DNA of 64,000 nt, taken from the NCBI GenBank assembly GCA_965197645.1, contig OZ240219.1, positions 2,208,001 to 2,272,000 on the forward strand, given 5' to 3'. The notes beneath the pieces were generated by a model that ran no database searches, was not told where the DNA came from, and saw only the letters and a list, made by a program, of their open reading frames with translations. Within the stretch, counting starts at the first letter, position 1. Each line of letters starts with the position of its first letter. Below, in pieces: positions 30,032 through 40,778 of the stretch. The stretch comes from Dehalococcoidia bacterium (lineage in GTDB: Bacteria; Chloroflexota; Dehalococcoidia; Plut-88900). A program made the position numbers and the translations under genes.

Positions 30032-30643
30032 ATGAGCACGCAGGACCGACTTGACATGCCCCTCGGCGAGGCTATCTTCACGTTAAGGGCCATCAGGAGG
30101 CTCAAACCCGACCCCATCCCCGACGCCGACATTCGAGACATCCTGGAAGCGACGATCCACGCTCCCAACGGCGGAAACCAGCAGTCCTGGCGATTCATCG
30201 TGGTGACCAACCCCGAGCTGAGGTCCAAGCTGGGAGAGCTGTACCGCGAAGCCTGGTGGGCCAAGCGAAGAGACGACGGCATCAGAGGCCCGGAGGACGT
30301 CCCGCCCGGCAAGGGCGTCATGCGCTCCGCTATGAGACTGGCGGACGAGATCGGCGACTCGCCGGTGATAGTCCTGATGTGCGCCACCGGTACGGGGCCC
30401 GCACAAGCCGCATCGATAATACCGGCGGCCCAGAACATGCTACTGGCCGCCAGGGCCCTGGGCATTGGCGGCACCATCACCACCCTTCACCCCCAGGTCG
30501 ATGAACGAGTCAACAGCCTGTTCGGCATACCGGATACCGCTCAGGTGGTCTACTGCATTCCGCTGGGCTATCCGAGGGGCCGCTTTGGGCCCACAAGCAG
30601 AAAGCCCCAGGACGAGGTCTGCTCCTACAACAGCTGGGAGTAA
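30032..30643 (+). CDS. nitroreductase family protein
   Basis: RAIRR, APNGGNQQSWRF, QNMLLAARALGIG, PLGYP. Confidence 0.9.
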   Translation: MSTQDRLDMPLGEAIFTLRAIRRLKPDPIPDADIRDILEATIHAPNGGNQQSWRFIVVTNPELRSKLGELYREAWWAKRRDDGIRGPEDVPPGKGVMRSAMRLADEIGDSPVIVLMCATGTGPAQAASIIPAAQNMLLAARALGIGGTITTLHPQVDERVNSLFGIPDTAQVVYCIPLGYPRGRFGPTSRKPQDEVCSYNSWE

Positions 30644-30689
30644 CCGTTCGAGAAGCCAGGCACGCCGGGGGACGACGGGCTGCAGATGA

Positions 30690-31880
30690 CTAGCCCACCG
30701 TGCTGCTGCTAAACAGCTCCTTCACCTCGTTGGGCGTGAATCCGGCCTCTTCCAGGATCTCCCTGGTGTGCTCCCCGAGGAGGGGCGCACGCCGCTTCAC
30801 CTTGCCGGGATTGGCCTTGATCCTTAGCGGGATGTTGACCATCTCGGTCTTGCCGACGCCCGGATAGTCCATGGTCAAACCGTAGCCGTTGGCTTTCACC
30901 TGCTCGCTCTGGAGGACGTGCTTTCGGTTGACCACCGGGGCACACGGAACGTCGTTTTCCTTGAGGACTGTCAGCCACTCGTCCAGTGGCTTGGTGGACA
31001 AGAGGCCATCTAGGAGCTCCCGTAGCAGCCCACTGTGCTTGGTCCTGCTCAGGGCCGTCGCAAACCTCTCGTCCTCCGCCAGGTGAGGCTCACCCAGGGC
31101 GTGACACAGGGAGACAAACTCCCCGTCGCTGATGATGACGATGTCTATCCACTTGTCATCCGAGCACCTGTAGGGGAGGTAGAGGGTCTGGTGGGCATGC
31201 TCCATATTTCCGTTTTGAGGGGCCGACTCGGCGTCCAGCCCGACCATGTCGACCGCCTGCATCGCCATAGCCATGTGCAGAAGAGAGGTCTCGATCTCCT
31301 GGCCCTGTCCGGTCCTCTCTCGATGAAGCAACGCCAGGGCCACGCCGTAGCACACTGCCCATGGAGTCGACATGTCGGAGGCCCATATCCCCGTGGCTAC
31401 CGGAGGCGAGTCCGGCGAGGCCTGCCGCATCATGCCAGACATCGCCTGAAACAGCCGATCGTAGCCTCGCCGGCCGGCGTAGGGGCCCTCGTCACCGAAC
31501 GCGCTCAGCCTGGCGTAGATGAGACGGGGGTTGACACGCCGGAGCGACTCGTAGTCGTACCCCAGCCGCCGTGCGCCCTCCAACCGGAAGTTGTTGAGGA
31601 CCACGTCGCACCACTTCACCAGCCGGTGGATGATCTCCTTGCCCTCGGGGCGGGCGATGTTCACGGCTATGCTCCGCTTTCCCCGGCCTGCGATGATCCA
31701 TGAGCGGCTCTCGTTGTTGGGCATGGGAGAGCTGCTGAACGTCCTTCGAGCGTTGTCGCCGGCCAGCGGCTCCACCTTGATCACCTCTGCACCCTGATCC
31801 GCTAGATAGGCCCCCGCCAACGGGATCGCCCACATGGATGCCAGGTCCAGGACTTTGACGCCTTCGAGAACTCCAGGCAT
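30690..31880 (-). CDS. CaiB/BaiF (family III) CoA transferase
   Basis: LEGVKVLDL, LADQGAEVIKVE, NFR, GYD, APLLGEHT. Confidence 0.9.
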   Translation of the reverse strand: MPGVLEGVKVLDLASMWAIPLAGAYLADQGAEVIKVEPLAGDNARRTFSSSPMPNNESRSWIIAGRGKRSIAVNIARPEGKEIIHRLVKWCDVVLNNFRLEGARRLGYDYESLRRVNPRLIYARLSAFGDEGPYAGRRGYDRLFQAMSGMMRQASPDSPPVATGIWASDMSTPWAVCYGVALALLHRERTGQGQEIETSLLHMAMAMQAVDMVGLDAESAPQNGNMEHAHQTLYLPYRCSDDKWIDIVIISDGEFVSLCHALGEPHLAEDERFATALSRTKHSGLLRELLDGLLSTKPLDEWLTVLKENDVPCAPVVNRKHVLQSEQVKANGYGLTMDYPGVGKTEMVNIPLRIKANPGKVKRRAPLLGEHTREILEEAGFTPNEVKELFSSSTVG

Positions 31881-32062
31881 TTTCACTCCTCCAGGTTTGA
31901 AAAGGCAAGTGGGAACCATCATTATAAGCCCTGGACAAAAAGGGGGGCGGATGAGATTAAACAGTCGGGACGTAGTGAACGTACTCTTCCGGCAGACCGG
32001 TAAGGCCCAATTGCGGCATACGAAGATGTGGTTTAATATGCCCCGTAGCGGGAGGATAAGCG

Positions 32063-32956
32063 ATGTTCGCGACGATAGGTAGAAGCTGGCAGCTGTACAA
32101 GGTCTGCTGGCGAGTCTTGCTCCACGATAAAGAGCTCCTCCTCTTTCCGCTGTTCTCAGGCATCAGCCTGATCCTCACTATCGCCGTCATCTTCGGCAGC
32201 GGCCTCGTGGGCCGGCTGGGCGACTCGGTCGACGAAGAGCTGGCCATGACCAACGCCGACTACGTGATCCTGGGCGTCTTCTACTTTATCAACTATTTCA
32301 TCATCATCTACTTCAATGCCGCCATCATCGGGGCGGCCAGAATCCGCCTCCAGGGAGGCGACCCCACCCTTCGAGATGGGTTCCGAGCCGCCAACTCCAA
32401 CCTCTCGGGCATTATAGGGTGGGCGGCCATTTCGGCAGTGGTCTCGCTGGTTTTCTACGCCATCGACAAGTTCGGTAGGCGCCAGTCCGGTGCCTCCGGC
32501 ATAATCTTCATGCTTCTCAGCACCCTTCTCAGAGTGGCGTGGTCGGTCATCACGTACCTGGTAATTCCCGTACTCGTGGCCGAGAAGGTGGGCCCCATCG
32601 AAGCCATCAAGCGTTCGGCAGCGCTGCTGAAGAAGACCTGGGGAGAGCAGTTGGTCAGCAACTTCGGGTTCGATCTGATGGTGATAATCCTGGCCATCCC
32701 CATCGTGCTGGTTGCCCTTGCGATAGCGTTCATCATTCCCGCTCCCGCCGGAATCATCATTGCGGTGGCGATAGCTGTCGTCGGTTTGGGGCTGCTCATG
32801 CTGGTGACGGCCGCCCTCCGGGCCATCTACATAGCCGCCCTGTACGAGTACGCCACTACCGGCGATCTGCCCCAGATATTCCCACGGCAGCTGGTTGCAG
32901 ATAGCTGGAGGCCCCAATACCGCACCTATACAGGTGAGCCTTCCCAGGGCGCCTAG
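32063..32956 (+). CDS. integral membrane protein (DUF6159-like)
   Basis: About 6 hydrophobic segments; KRSA.L.KKTWGE motif. Confidence 0.75.
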   Translation: MFATIGRSWQLYKVCWRVLLHDKELLLFPLFSGISLILTIAVIFGSGLVGRLGDSVDEELAMTNADYVILGVFYFINYFIIIYFNAAIIGAARIRLQGGDPTLRDGFRAANSNLSGIIGWAAISAVVSLVFYAIDKFGRRQSGASGIIFMLLSTLLRVAWSVITYLVIPVLVAEKVGPIEAIKRSAALLKKTWGEQLVSNFGFDLMVIILAIPIVLVALAIAFIIPAPAGIIIAVAIAVVGLGLLMLVTAALRAIYIAALYEYATTGDLPQIFPRQLVADSWRPQYRTYTGEPSQGA

Positions 32957-33119
32957 TGGAATTCGGAAGCGTCTCCCCGTTTCGGGGCTCCGGCTTGGAG
33001 TGGCCCCATCACCAGCTAATCGGCGAAACCGGAGAAACAACAGCCCCTAGCCTCAACGTGATACGCCGGTCCAACAACCGGGCCCGATCCCCCGGTTAGC
33101 CGGACAGGAGGGGAGACGT

Positions 33120-33977
33120 ATGGCAAACGAATCTTCCGGTGAGCTTGTCGATTGGCACAGCCACTGCTTCCTGGCCGAACACAAGAGCAAAGAGGCGCTG
33201 GCCGAGAGGGCCGCTTACGGCGTTAGAGGCAGTGACAACGGCACCCCGGAGCGACACCGAGCGGCCATGGAAGAGGCGGGCGTTGGGAAGTTCGTCGTGG
33301 TCAACGTCCCCTGGCGCAAGGGCCACGAGACCCCCAACAAGTTCATCGCCGACTACGTTGCCAAATACCCCGGAAAGGCCATCGGTCTGGCTTCCGTCCA
33401 TCCCAACGACCCTGGCGCCGCCCAGGAGTTCGAGCACAGCGTTAGGGACCTGGGGATCAAGGGCCTGAAACTGTCTCCGGTCTACCAGAGCTTCGATCCC
33501 TGGACTCCCGATGCCTACCGGCTGTTCGAGATAGCCCAGGACTACGAGGTGCCGGTGATGTTCCACATGGGCGGAATGTATGACCCCCACGCATCGCTGC
33601 AGTGGTCCAATCCCCTGTTACTGGACAAAGTGGGGCTGGACTTCCCAAACCTGCGTATCATCGTGGCCCATCTGGGTCAGCCCCACATGGAAGAGACGGT
33701 GATGTTGCTCAGGAAGAACAAGAATATGTTTGCCGACCTGTCCGCCCGATACCACAGGCAGTGGCAGCTCTACAACGGCCTGCAGGTGGCCATCGAGTAC
33801 AAGGTCACGGACAGGCTTCTCTTCGGCTCGGACTTCCCCGTCATGACACCCAGAGAGGCCGAGACCGCTTTCAAGGGCATCAACGACTGGGGGGATGGTA
33901 TTCGCCTACCGCCAATTCCTCCCGCACTGATCGAGGATATCCTCTACCAGCGTCCCTTCGAGCTGCTGGGGTTGTAG
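33120..33977 (+). CDS. amidohydrolase 2 family protein
   Basis: DWHSH, GLKL, FHMG, AHLG, FGSDFP. Confidence 0.88.
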   Translation: MANESSGELVDWHSHCFLAEHKSKEALAERAAYGVRGSDNGTPERHRAAMEEAGVGKFVVVNVPWRKGHETPNKFIADYVAKYPGKAIGLASVHPNDPGAAQEFEHSVRDLGIKGLKLSPVYQSFDPWTPDAYRLFEIAQDYEVPVMFHMGGMYDPHASLQWSNPLLLDKVGLDFPNLRIIVAHLGQPHMEETVMLLRKNKNMFADLSARYHRQWQLYNGLQVAIEYKVTDRLLFGSDFPVMTPREAETAFKGINDWGDGIRLPPIPPALIEDILYQRPFELLGL

Positions 33978-33980
33978 GCG

Positions 33981-34481
33981 TTACAGAGGGTTCTCCGGTT
34001 CCATAGGTATCTGCTCTGTGCCCTCGTATCGCTCGTCGGCGGGCAAACCGGGCCGAGCCGCGGCTTGTGTTGCTAGCTGATCGCATCGTTCGTTCTCACG
34101 ATTGCCCGAATGTCCTCTCACCCAGTGGCAACTGACTTCGTATGCTTCGCAAAGTTCAAGCAGCCTCCCCCATAGATCGGGATTTAATGCACGCTCTTTC
34201 TTGTTCCGTCGCCATCCGTTCGCACGCCATTTTGTTGCCCACCCATTCGAAAGAGCATCAACGACGTACTTCGAATCACAGTAGAGCTCGACCTTGCACT
34301 TCTCTTTCAGAGCCTCCAATCCCTGGATAACAGCAGTAAGCTCCATCCGGTTGTTCGTCGTCTTCCGGTAGCCGCCAGAGAGTTCCTTGCGGTGTTCTCC
34401 GAAAAGCAGTACAACCCCGAATCCACCCGGACCAGGGTTACCCAGGCATGCACCGTCGGTGTAGAGCTCAACCGTTCTCAT
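33981..34481 (-). CDS. rnhA: ribonuclease HI
   Basis: YTDGACLGNPGPGG, TTNNRMEL, DSKYV, WVRGHSG..NERCD. Confidence 0.95.
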   Translation of the reverse strand: MRTVELYTDGACLGNPGPGGFGVVLLFGEHRKELSGGYRKTTNNRMELTAVIQGLEALKEKCKVELYCDSKYVVDALSNGWATKWRANGWRRNKKERALNPDLWGRLLELCEAYEVSCHWVRGHSGNRENERCDQLATQAAARPGLPADERYEGTEQIPMEPENPL

Positions 34482-34604
34482 TGCAGCGGTACGCTTGGAA
34501 TCGCAAGTTGGAGCAACGGTATCCTGCCCATAAAGCGGTCGACCTGCCGCTGGACCAACTGGAACGCGGCGGGAAAAGTCTTGATTCTCGCCGGCTAGAG
34601 GAAC

Positions 34605-35639
34605 CTAGCTACTGTTTCCGCAGACCGTCTCAAGGATGAGGCGGGTCACAACGTAGGGGTCCATGTTGGCGTTCGGGCGCCGGTCTTCGATGTACCCTTT
34701 GCCGTCCCGCTCCACCTGCCAGGGGATTCGCACCGATGCTCCCCTGTCCGAAACGCCGTAGCGAAACTCCTTGTAGGAGCAGGTTTCGTGCAGGCCGGTC
34801 AACCGGCCCTCGATCCCGAAGCCGTAGTTGGATATGTGGAGATCATGTCTCCGTTTTAGGGCCTCGGCGGCGTCGATGCAGGGCTGGTAGTCGGACCTCA
34901 TCTCCTTGGTGGAGAAGTTGGTGTGCGCCCCCGCGCCGTTCCAGTCTCCCTGAGCAGGCTTGGGATCAAGGGTAGCGATGATGCCTTCCTCTTCGGCGAT
35001 CCGGTACAGCAGCCACCTGGCGACCCAAAGCTGGTCCGACACCTCGGTAGCGCCGATGGCTCCCACCTGGAACTCCCACTGGCCCGGCATCACCTCGGCG
35101 TTGATGCCCTCAATATCGAGACCTGCCCTCAGGGAAGCGTCCAGATGGATCTCCACTGTATCCCTGCCGAAGATATGGTCCGGGCCCAGTCCGCAGTAGT
35201 AGTCCCCCTGGGGAGCGGGGTATCCCTCCTCGGGAAATCCCAAGGGCCTGGTGCCGGTGCCGCTGAGGAACGTGTATTCCTGCTCTATGCCGAAAATCAT
35301 CTCGTGGCCGGCATGCTTCTCGGCCATCTCTGCGCACCCGGCTCGGGTGTTGGTGGGATGGGGACTCAGGTCGGGCATGAGTACTTCGCATAGGACTAGA
35401 ATGTCGTTTCCCTCGCGTATCGGGTCGGGACAGGTGAACACAGGTCTCAGGACGCAGTCCGATGATTGGCCGGCAGCCTGATTGGTGCTCGATCCGTCGA
35501 AGGCCCAGATCGGCAGGTCCCCAGGAGCCGGCACGTCTCCACTGCTGCTCGGCACTATCTTCGTCTTGGAGCGTAGCGTGCTGGTGGGTTCCGTCCCATC
35601 GATCCAGATGTATTCTGCTTTTATGACGCCTGTACTCAC
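34605..35639 (-). CDS. glnII: glutamine synthetase type II
   Basis: 344 aa; EYIWIDG, W.FDGSST.QA, GIEQEY, INAEVMPGQWEFQ, GDWNGAGAHTNFST, YIEDRRPNAN.DPY. Confidence 0.93.
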   Translation of the reverse strand: MSTGVIKAEYIWIDGTEPTSTLRSKTKIVPSSSGDVPAPGDLPIWAFDGSSTNQAAGQSSDCVLRPVFTCPDPIREGNDILVLCEVLMPDLSPHPTNTRAGCAEMAEKHAGHEMIFGIEQEYTFLSGTGTRPLGFPEEGYPAPQGDYYCGLGPDHIFGRDTVEIHLDASLRAGLDIEGINAEVMPGQWEFQVGAIGATEVSDQLWVARWLLYRIAEEEGIIATLDPKPAQGDWNGAGAHTNFSTKEMRSDYQPCIDAAEALKRRHDLHISNYGFGIEGRLTGLHETCSYKEFRYGVSDRGASVRIPWQVERDGKGYIEDRRPNANMDPYVVTRLILETVCGNSS

Positions 35640-35928
35640 TCCAACTCCTCCTCAAGGAAATTTGTGTCGCTACTATTATCTTGTAGAACGCGAATACGAG
35701 ATCCGGCCGCGGCTGAATCTCGCTCTCTACATTACGAATTATAGTACACGCGGATTGATGCGATTGTCTAGCGTAACGAGCCGAGAAGTGCGAAGCTTGT
35801 TTCACTCTGCGGTTGCTGACCGCTTGGTATAATGCCGGCAACACTAAGCTGCCATTAACACGGGACCGTCATACGAAGATTGCTGCCCGGAAACCCCGAG
35901 GAACTGCCAAATCGGCTGGAGCGAAAGT

Positions 35929-37356
35929 ATGGCTATGAACGAATTGAACACCCTAACCGCCCGAGAAGCCGTCGAGCTGTTGAAGACGCGGAAGGTATCA
36001 TCCGAGGAGCTGATCGATGCCGCCGTCCAGCGCATCGAGGAGACCGATGGCGACCTCAATGCCCTGCCTACTCTGTGCATCGATAGGGCGAAGAACAACG
36101 CCGGCGAGCTGGCCCGGAACACACCTTCGGACCCTCCGCCGGGCTACCTGTACGGATTGCCCATAGCCGTCAAGGACCTCTCCAACGTGGCTGGCGTCCG
36201 CAGTACCATGGGCTCGCCCCTGTTCGCAGACAACGTGCCCGACGCCTCCAGCTACGTCGTGGAGATGCTGGAGGCCAGCGGCGGCATCGTGCTGGCCAAA
36301 TCCAACACTCCCGAGTTCGGCGCCGGCGCCAACACCTTCAACGAGGTGTTTGGCAAGACGGTCAATCCCTGGGACACCCGCATGACCTGCGGCGGGTCGT
36401 CGGGCGGTTCGGCGGTGGCCCTGGCAACGGGGCAAGTGTGGCTGGCCACGGGGAGCGATCTCGGGGGCAGCCTGCGAATCCCGGCCAGCTTCTGCTCCGT
36501 AATCGGCTTGCGGCCCAGTCCCGGACGGGTGCCGCAGGGCCCGCGAGAGTTCCCTTTCGGGACCATGTCCGTCGAGGGGCCCATGGGCAGAAACGTGGGC
36601 GATGCTGCGCTCATGCTGGATGCGGAATCGGGCCTTCACTCCCGGGACCCCATCAGCTATCCATCTCCCTCGACTCCCTATGTCGAAGCCGTCGATAACC
36701 CGGTACGACCGGCGAAAGTCGCCTTCACACCCAACCTGGGTGTCGCTCCCGTGGAGCCGGAGGTTGTCGATGTCTGCACTCAAGCCGTTCAGCTGTTCGA
36801 GGCCATCGGCGCTGAGGTGGAAGAGGACACCATCGATATGCACGATGCCAGCCCGACCTTTCAGACCCTCCGTGCGGCCGGGTTCGCCGCGGGGATGAAG
36901 TCGTTGCTCGAGAACCGGAGCGACCAGCTCAAACCGGAGATCATCTGGAACATCGAGAAGGGGCTGGCCCTCTCGACGGAGGAGGTCGCCGACTCCGAGC
37001 GGGCCCGGGGCGCACTCTTTCAGCGGACCGCGGATTTTTTCGACCGCTACGACCTGCTGTTGACCCCGGCCGTCGCCGTACCACCCTTTGACGTCGACAT
37101 CCGCTACGTAACCGAAATCGACGGCGTCCAGATGGACAACTACATCGACTGGGCCCTGTTGACTTCCGCTCTTACCCTTACCGCCTGCCCCGCCATATCG
37201 GTCCCATGCGGATTTACCGAGGCCGGGCTGCCAGTCGGGCTTCAGATAATGGCTCCACATAGGGAAGAGGCCCGGCTGCTCTCTGCCGCAGCGCTGTTCG
37301 AGGAGGCTACGGGTCTGGCAGATCTGGTACCCCTGGATCCCAGGGTGAGCGCATAG
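35929..37356 (+). CDS. amidase signature family protein
   Basis: GLPIAVKD, GGSSGGS, GSDLGGSLR. Confidence 0.92.
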   Translation: MAMNELNTLTAREAVELLKTRKVSSEELIDAAVQRIEETDGDLNALPTLCIDRAKNNAGELARNTPSDPPPGYLYGLPIAVKDLSNVAGVRSTMGSPLFADNVPDASSYVVEMLEASGGIVLAKSNTPEFGAGANTFNEVFGKTVNPWDTRMTCGGSSGGSAVALATGQVWLATGSDLGGSLRIPASFCSVIGLRPSPGRVPQGPREFPFGTMSVEGPMGRNVGDAALMLDAESGLHSRDPISYPSPSTPYVEAVDNPVRPAKVAFTPNLGVAPVEPEVVDVCTQAVQLFEAIGAEVEEDTIDMHDASPTFQTLRAAGFAAGMKSLLENRSDQLKPEIIWNIEKGLALSTEEVADSERARGALFQRTADFFDRYDLLLTPAVAVPPFDVDIRYVTEIDGVQMDNYIDWALLTSALTLTACPAISVPCGFTEAGLPVGLQIMAPHREEARLLSAAALFEEATGLADLVPLDPRVSA

Positions 37357-37492
37357 AGAGGGCTTCTCTTGGGGCTGGCGGTCCCGTAACGATAACCTGG
37401 AGACACGTCACGCTATCGAGGCTAGGAACACTGTTCACCTCTTCGCCGAGTGAGAAGGGCTCACCTCTCCGGCGAGGGATAAGGAGACGGGC

Positions 37493-38881
37493 ATGGACGA
37501 TATTACGACCACCTCCGCCGCGAAGTTGGCTCAGGCTATCAGCGACAAGAGGGTCTCGGCTACCGAGGTCGTACAGGCGCACATCGACCGGATAAAGGAG
37601 GTCAATCCCAAGCTGAATGCCGTCGTTAAACTCGTTGAGGAGAGGGCCATTTCCGAGGCGAGAGAGGCCGACGAGGCTCTGGCAAAGGGCGAAAGCGTGG
37701 GGCCTCTTCACGGGGTGCCCATTACCATCAAGGACTCCCTGAATACCGAGGGCATAGTCTCCACCGGAGGCACCAAGGGCCGGTCTTCCTTCGTCCCGGA
37801 TCGGGACGCCACAGCGGTAGCCAGGCTGCGGGCCGCAGGAGCTATTCTCATGGGCAAGACCAACACCCCCGAGCTGACCCTGGACGGAGAGACGGACAAT
37901 CTGATCTACGGACGGACCAACAACCCGTATGACCTGGCTCGTAGTCCGGGCGGCAGCAGTGGCGGCGCCGCCGCCATCGTCTCGGCGGCGGGCTCCCCGC
38001 TGGATATCGGTAGCGATACCGGCGGCAGCATCAGGGGCCCGGCCCACGACTGTGGAATCGCAGGCATCAAACCGACGTCGGGCAGGGTCCCGAGGACCGG
38101 CCACATCGTTCCGTATGGCATGGGCGCACAGGACGCCCTCACCCAGCTGGGCCCCATGGCCCGCTACGTCGAGGACCTGACCCTCGCCCTTGGCATAATC
38201 GCCGGGCCGGACATGGAGGACCCAGCCATAGTGCCGGCTCCGCTGGGAGATCCGGCATTAGTAGACATAAAGACCCTTAAGATCGCCACGCACTCCAACA
38301 ACGGGCTGGTCGATCCCACGCCAGAGACCACCGAGGCTGTAAGCCGGGCAGCTGCAGCCTTGTCCGAGGCGGGAGTGTCGGTGACGGAAGACGTGCCCGA
38401 GGCCCTAAAACGGAGCACGGACCTCTACGACCGGCTGGAGAGCATCGATGGCCGGACCTGGGTACGGCGCATGCTGAAGAAGGCCGGCACCACCGAGGTG
38501 GGAGACTTGCTGACTAAAATGTTGGCCGAGGCAAAGATGGGCTCCTCTGAGCAGTTCTCCAAGCTGTTGGAGGAGCTAGACGAGTATCGAAGTCTGATGC
38601 TCCAGTTCATGGCCAACTACGATGCCCTGCTCGTTCCCTCCATCTCTCACCCGGCCGTGCTGCACGGTGAAAGCCACAACGAGGAGTACAGCGACTACAG
38701 CCACACCAGCGCCTACAACCTCACCGGCTGGCCGGGTGCAGTGGTGCGGGGAGGCACGTCGCCGGAGGGCATGCCGATAGGCGTCCAGGTTGTGGCCAGG
38801 CCTTGGCGCGAGGACGTGGCCCTAGCCCTCGCCCAGCATCTCGAGACGGCTCTTGGAGGCTGGCAGCCTCCCCCGCTATGA
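37493..38881 (+). CDS. amidase signature family protein
   Basis: GVPITIKD, GGSSGG, GSDTGGSIR. Confidence 0.92.
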   Translation: MDDITTTSAAKLAQAISDKRVSATEVVQAHIDRIKEVNPKLNAVVKLVEERAISEAREADEALAKGESVGPLHGVPITIKDSLNTEGIVSTGGTKGRSSFVPDRDATAVARLRAAGAILMGKTNTPELTLDGETDNLIYGRTNNPYDLARSPGGSSGGAAAIVSAAGSPLDIGSDTGGSIRGPAHDCGIAGIKPTSGRVPRTGHIVPYGMGAQDALTQLGPMARYVEDLTLALGIIAGPDMEDPAIVPAPLGDPALVDIKTLKIATHSNNGLVDPTPETTEAVSRAAAALSEAGVSVTEDVPEALKRSTDLYDRLESIDGRTWVRRMLKKAGTTEVGDLLTKMLAEAKMGSSEQFSKLLEELDEYRSLMLQFMANYDALLVPSISHPAVLHGESHNEEYSDYSHTSAYNLTGWPGAVVRGGTSPEGMPIGVQVVARPWREDVALALAQHLETALGGWQPPPL

Positions 38882-38900
38882 TAGGCTTCGAGGTCCAGCC

Positions 38901-40778
38901 GTGCTCATAGCGAGCCTGCATAACATAGCCCATCATTTCGGTGGCCAGGACGTCCTTCGGGACGTTACCCTGGAAATCAACTCGGGGCAGAAGCTGGGGC
39001 TCATCGGCTCCAACGGGGCCGGCAAGACCACCCTCGTCCGAATACTGCTCGGCGACGAGCAGCCGGCCAGGGGTACGGTGTTCCTGGCCGACGGAATCCG
39101 GGTTGGATATCTCCCCCAACACCTGGAAAATGCCCAGGACGCCACGGTCCTCGACTACCTCCTGTCGCGACAGCGTCACGTTTCAGCCCAGCTGAGACGG
39201 GCCGAGGAGGCCCTGTCCACAGCCACCGACGGACTTCTGGACAAGGCTTCCAGAGAGTATCAGCGGGCCCGTGACGAGTACGATCGCATAGACGGCGATC
39301 TGCTTCCCCAGCGGGCGGCTTCCATGCTGGATTCCATGGGGATCGGACATAAAGGAGACCAGGCCGTCGAGTCCCTGTCGGGCGGCGAGAGAAGCGTCTT
39401 GTCCCTGGCCCGGGCCCTGCTGGACGAGCCGGAGTTCCTGGTCCTCGATGAGCCGGCGAACCACTTGGACTACCTCAGCGTTGTCTGGCTGGAGGACTTC
39501 CTGAATCGATTCAAGGGCGCCGTCCTGGTGGTCTCCCACAACAGGTATCTGCTGGACCGCGTCGTCGACGGCATTGTGGAGCTGGATTCGGGACGATGTC
39601 GCTACTACGACGGAGGCTACTCCGAGTACCGGGCGGGTAAGCTGCAAGATCTCTTGGCGCAACAGTCCGACTATCTGGTCCAACAAAAACGTCTGGCCCA
39701 GCTGACGGCGTTGGTCCAAAAGTTCGAGGTGCTGGCCAGCGCTCACCCGGACCCCAAGTGGGGCAAGCGGCTGCGGGCCAGGCGTTCGCAGCTGGCGCGT
39801 GAGCAGTCTCAGGCCATCGATAGGCCTACGATCGAACGAAATCCCGTCCGCGCCCGGTTCGAAGCGGATAGGTCCCAGGCCAACATCGCTCTCCAGCTTC
39901 GCGGTTACACCAAGGCCTTTGGAGAGCTGGTTCTGCTGCGTGACGTGAGCCTGGATATCGCCGGTGGGGAGCGGGTCGCCCTGGTTGGGCCCAACGGGTG
40001 CGGCAAGACCTCTCTCCTGGAAGACATCGTCGGTACCGGCGCCTGGGAGAACCTAGTGGTGCGCGTCGGGCGAAGCATGAACATCGGTTACTCGCCCCAG
40101 GAGCAAAAGGGCCTGGTGGGCAACGAGAGGGTTATGGAATCCATCAGGACCACCGCCCCCATCAGCGAGGGAGACGCCCTGAGCCTGATAGCCCGCTTCG
40201 GCTTCACGAAGGACGACTCGGAGAAGAAGATCAGCAACCTTTCCGGCGGCGAGAAGAACCGTCTCCATCTGGCCCGGCTGATGCTGCTCAAGCCCAACTT
40301 TCTAATATTGGACGAACCCACCAACCACCTGGACATCCTGTCCCGGGAGGCTGTCGAGGAAGCCCTGGAGGACTTCAAAGGGACCATCCTGGTGGTGTCC
40401 CACGATCGATACTTCCTCGACAAGGTGGCCAACCGGGTGGTAGAGGTCGAGGACGGGCAGCTGACGTCCTATCCGGGCAATTTCACCGAGTTCTGGCTGG
40501 CCAGGCGCAAATTCACGCCTCGTACGGCGCTGCGAAAAGTGAAGGTATCCAGACCTCGACAGAGAAGGCGGAACGAGAACAAGGCCCCATCTAAGCCTAA
40601 TGATGGCAATGACGTAGAAGGCCAGATTAGAGAGGCGGAGACCGAGAAGCTGGAGTTGGAACATCGTATGGCCGAGGCCTTTGCCAAAAACGATTATCGG
40701 GAGGGTCGGAAGGTAGAGCGGCGTCTGAAGCAGGTCAACGCCGTGATCTCCGATCTGTATGACAAATGGAACGAGTAG
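38901..40778 (+). CDS. ABC-F family ATP-binding protein
   Basis: Two NBDs (GSNGAGKT/LSGGE/LDEP; GPNGCGKT/LSGGE/LDEP), no TM segment, C-terminal coiled coil; probable GTG start at 38901. Confidence 0.9.
   Translation: MLIASLHNIAHHFGGQDVLRDVTLEINSGQKLGLIGSNGAGKTTLVRILLGDEQPARGTVFLADGIRVGYLPQHLENAQDATVLDYLLSRQRHVSAQLRRAEEALSTATDGLLDKASREYQRARDEYDRIDGDLLPQRAASMLDSMGIGHKGDQAVESLSGGERSVLSLARALLDEPEFLVLDEPANHLDYLSVVWLEDFLNRFKGAVLVVSHNRYLLDRVVDGIVELDSGRCRYYDGGYSEYRAGKLQDLLAQQSDYLVQQKRLAQLTALVQKFEVLASAHPDPKWGKRLRARRSQLAREQSQAIDRPTIERNPVRARFEADRSQANIALQLRGYTKAFGELVLLRDVSLDIAGGERVALVGPNGCGKTSLLEDIVGTGAWENLVVRVGRSMNIGYSPQEQKGLVGNERVMESIRTTAPISEGDALSLIARFGFTKDDSEKKISNLSGGEKNRLHLARLMLLKPNFLILDEPTNHLDILSREAVEEALEDFKGTILVVSHDRYFLDKVANRVVEVEDGQLTSYPGNFTEFWLARRKFTPRTALRKVKVSRPRQRRRNENKAPSKPNDGNDVEGQIREAETEKLELEHRMAEAFAKNDYREGRKVERRLKQVNAVISDLYDKWNE

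Noticed and set aside
37437-37480. Hairpin upstream of the amidase at 37493
   Set aside because: GC-rich stem with no U-tract or recognisable riboswitch motif; expected by chance at this GC content.
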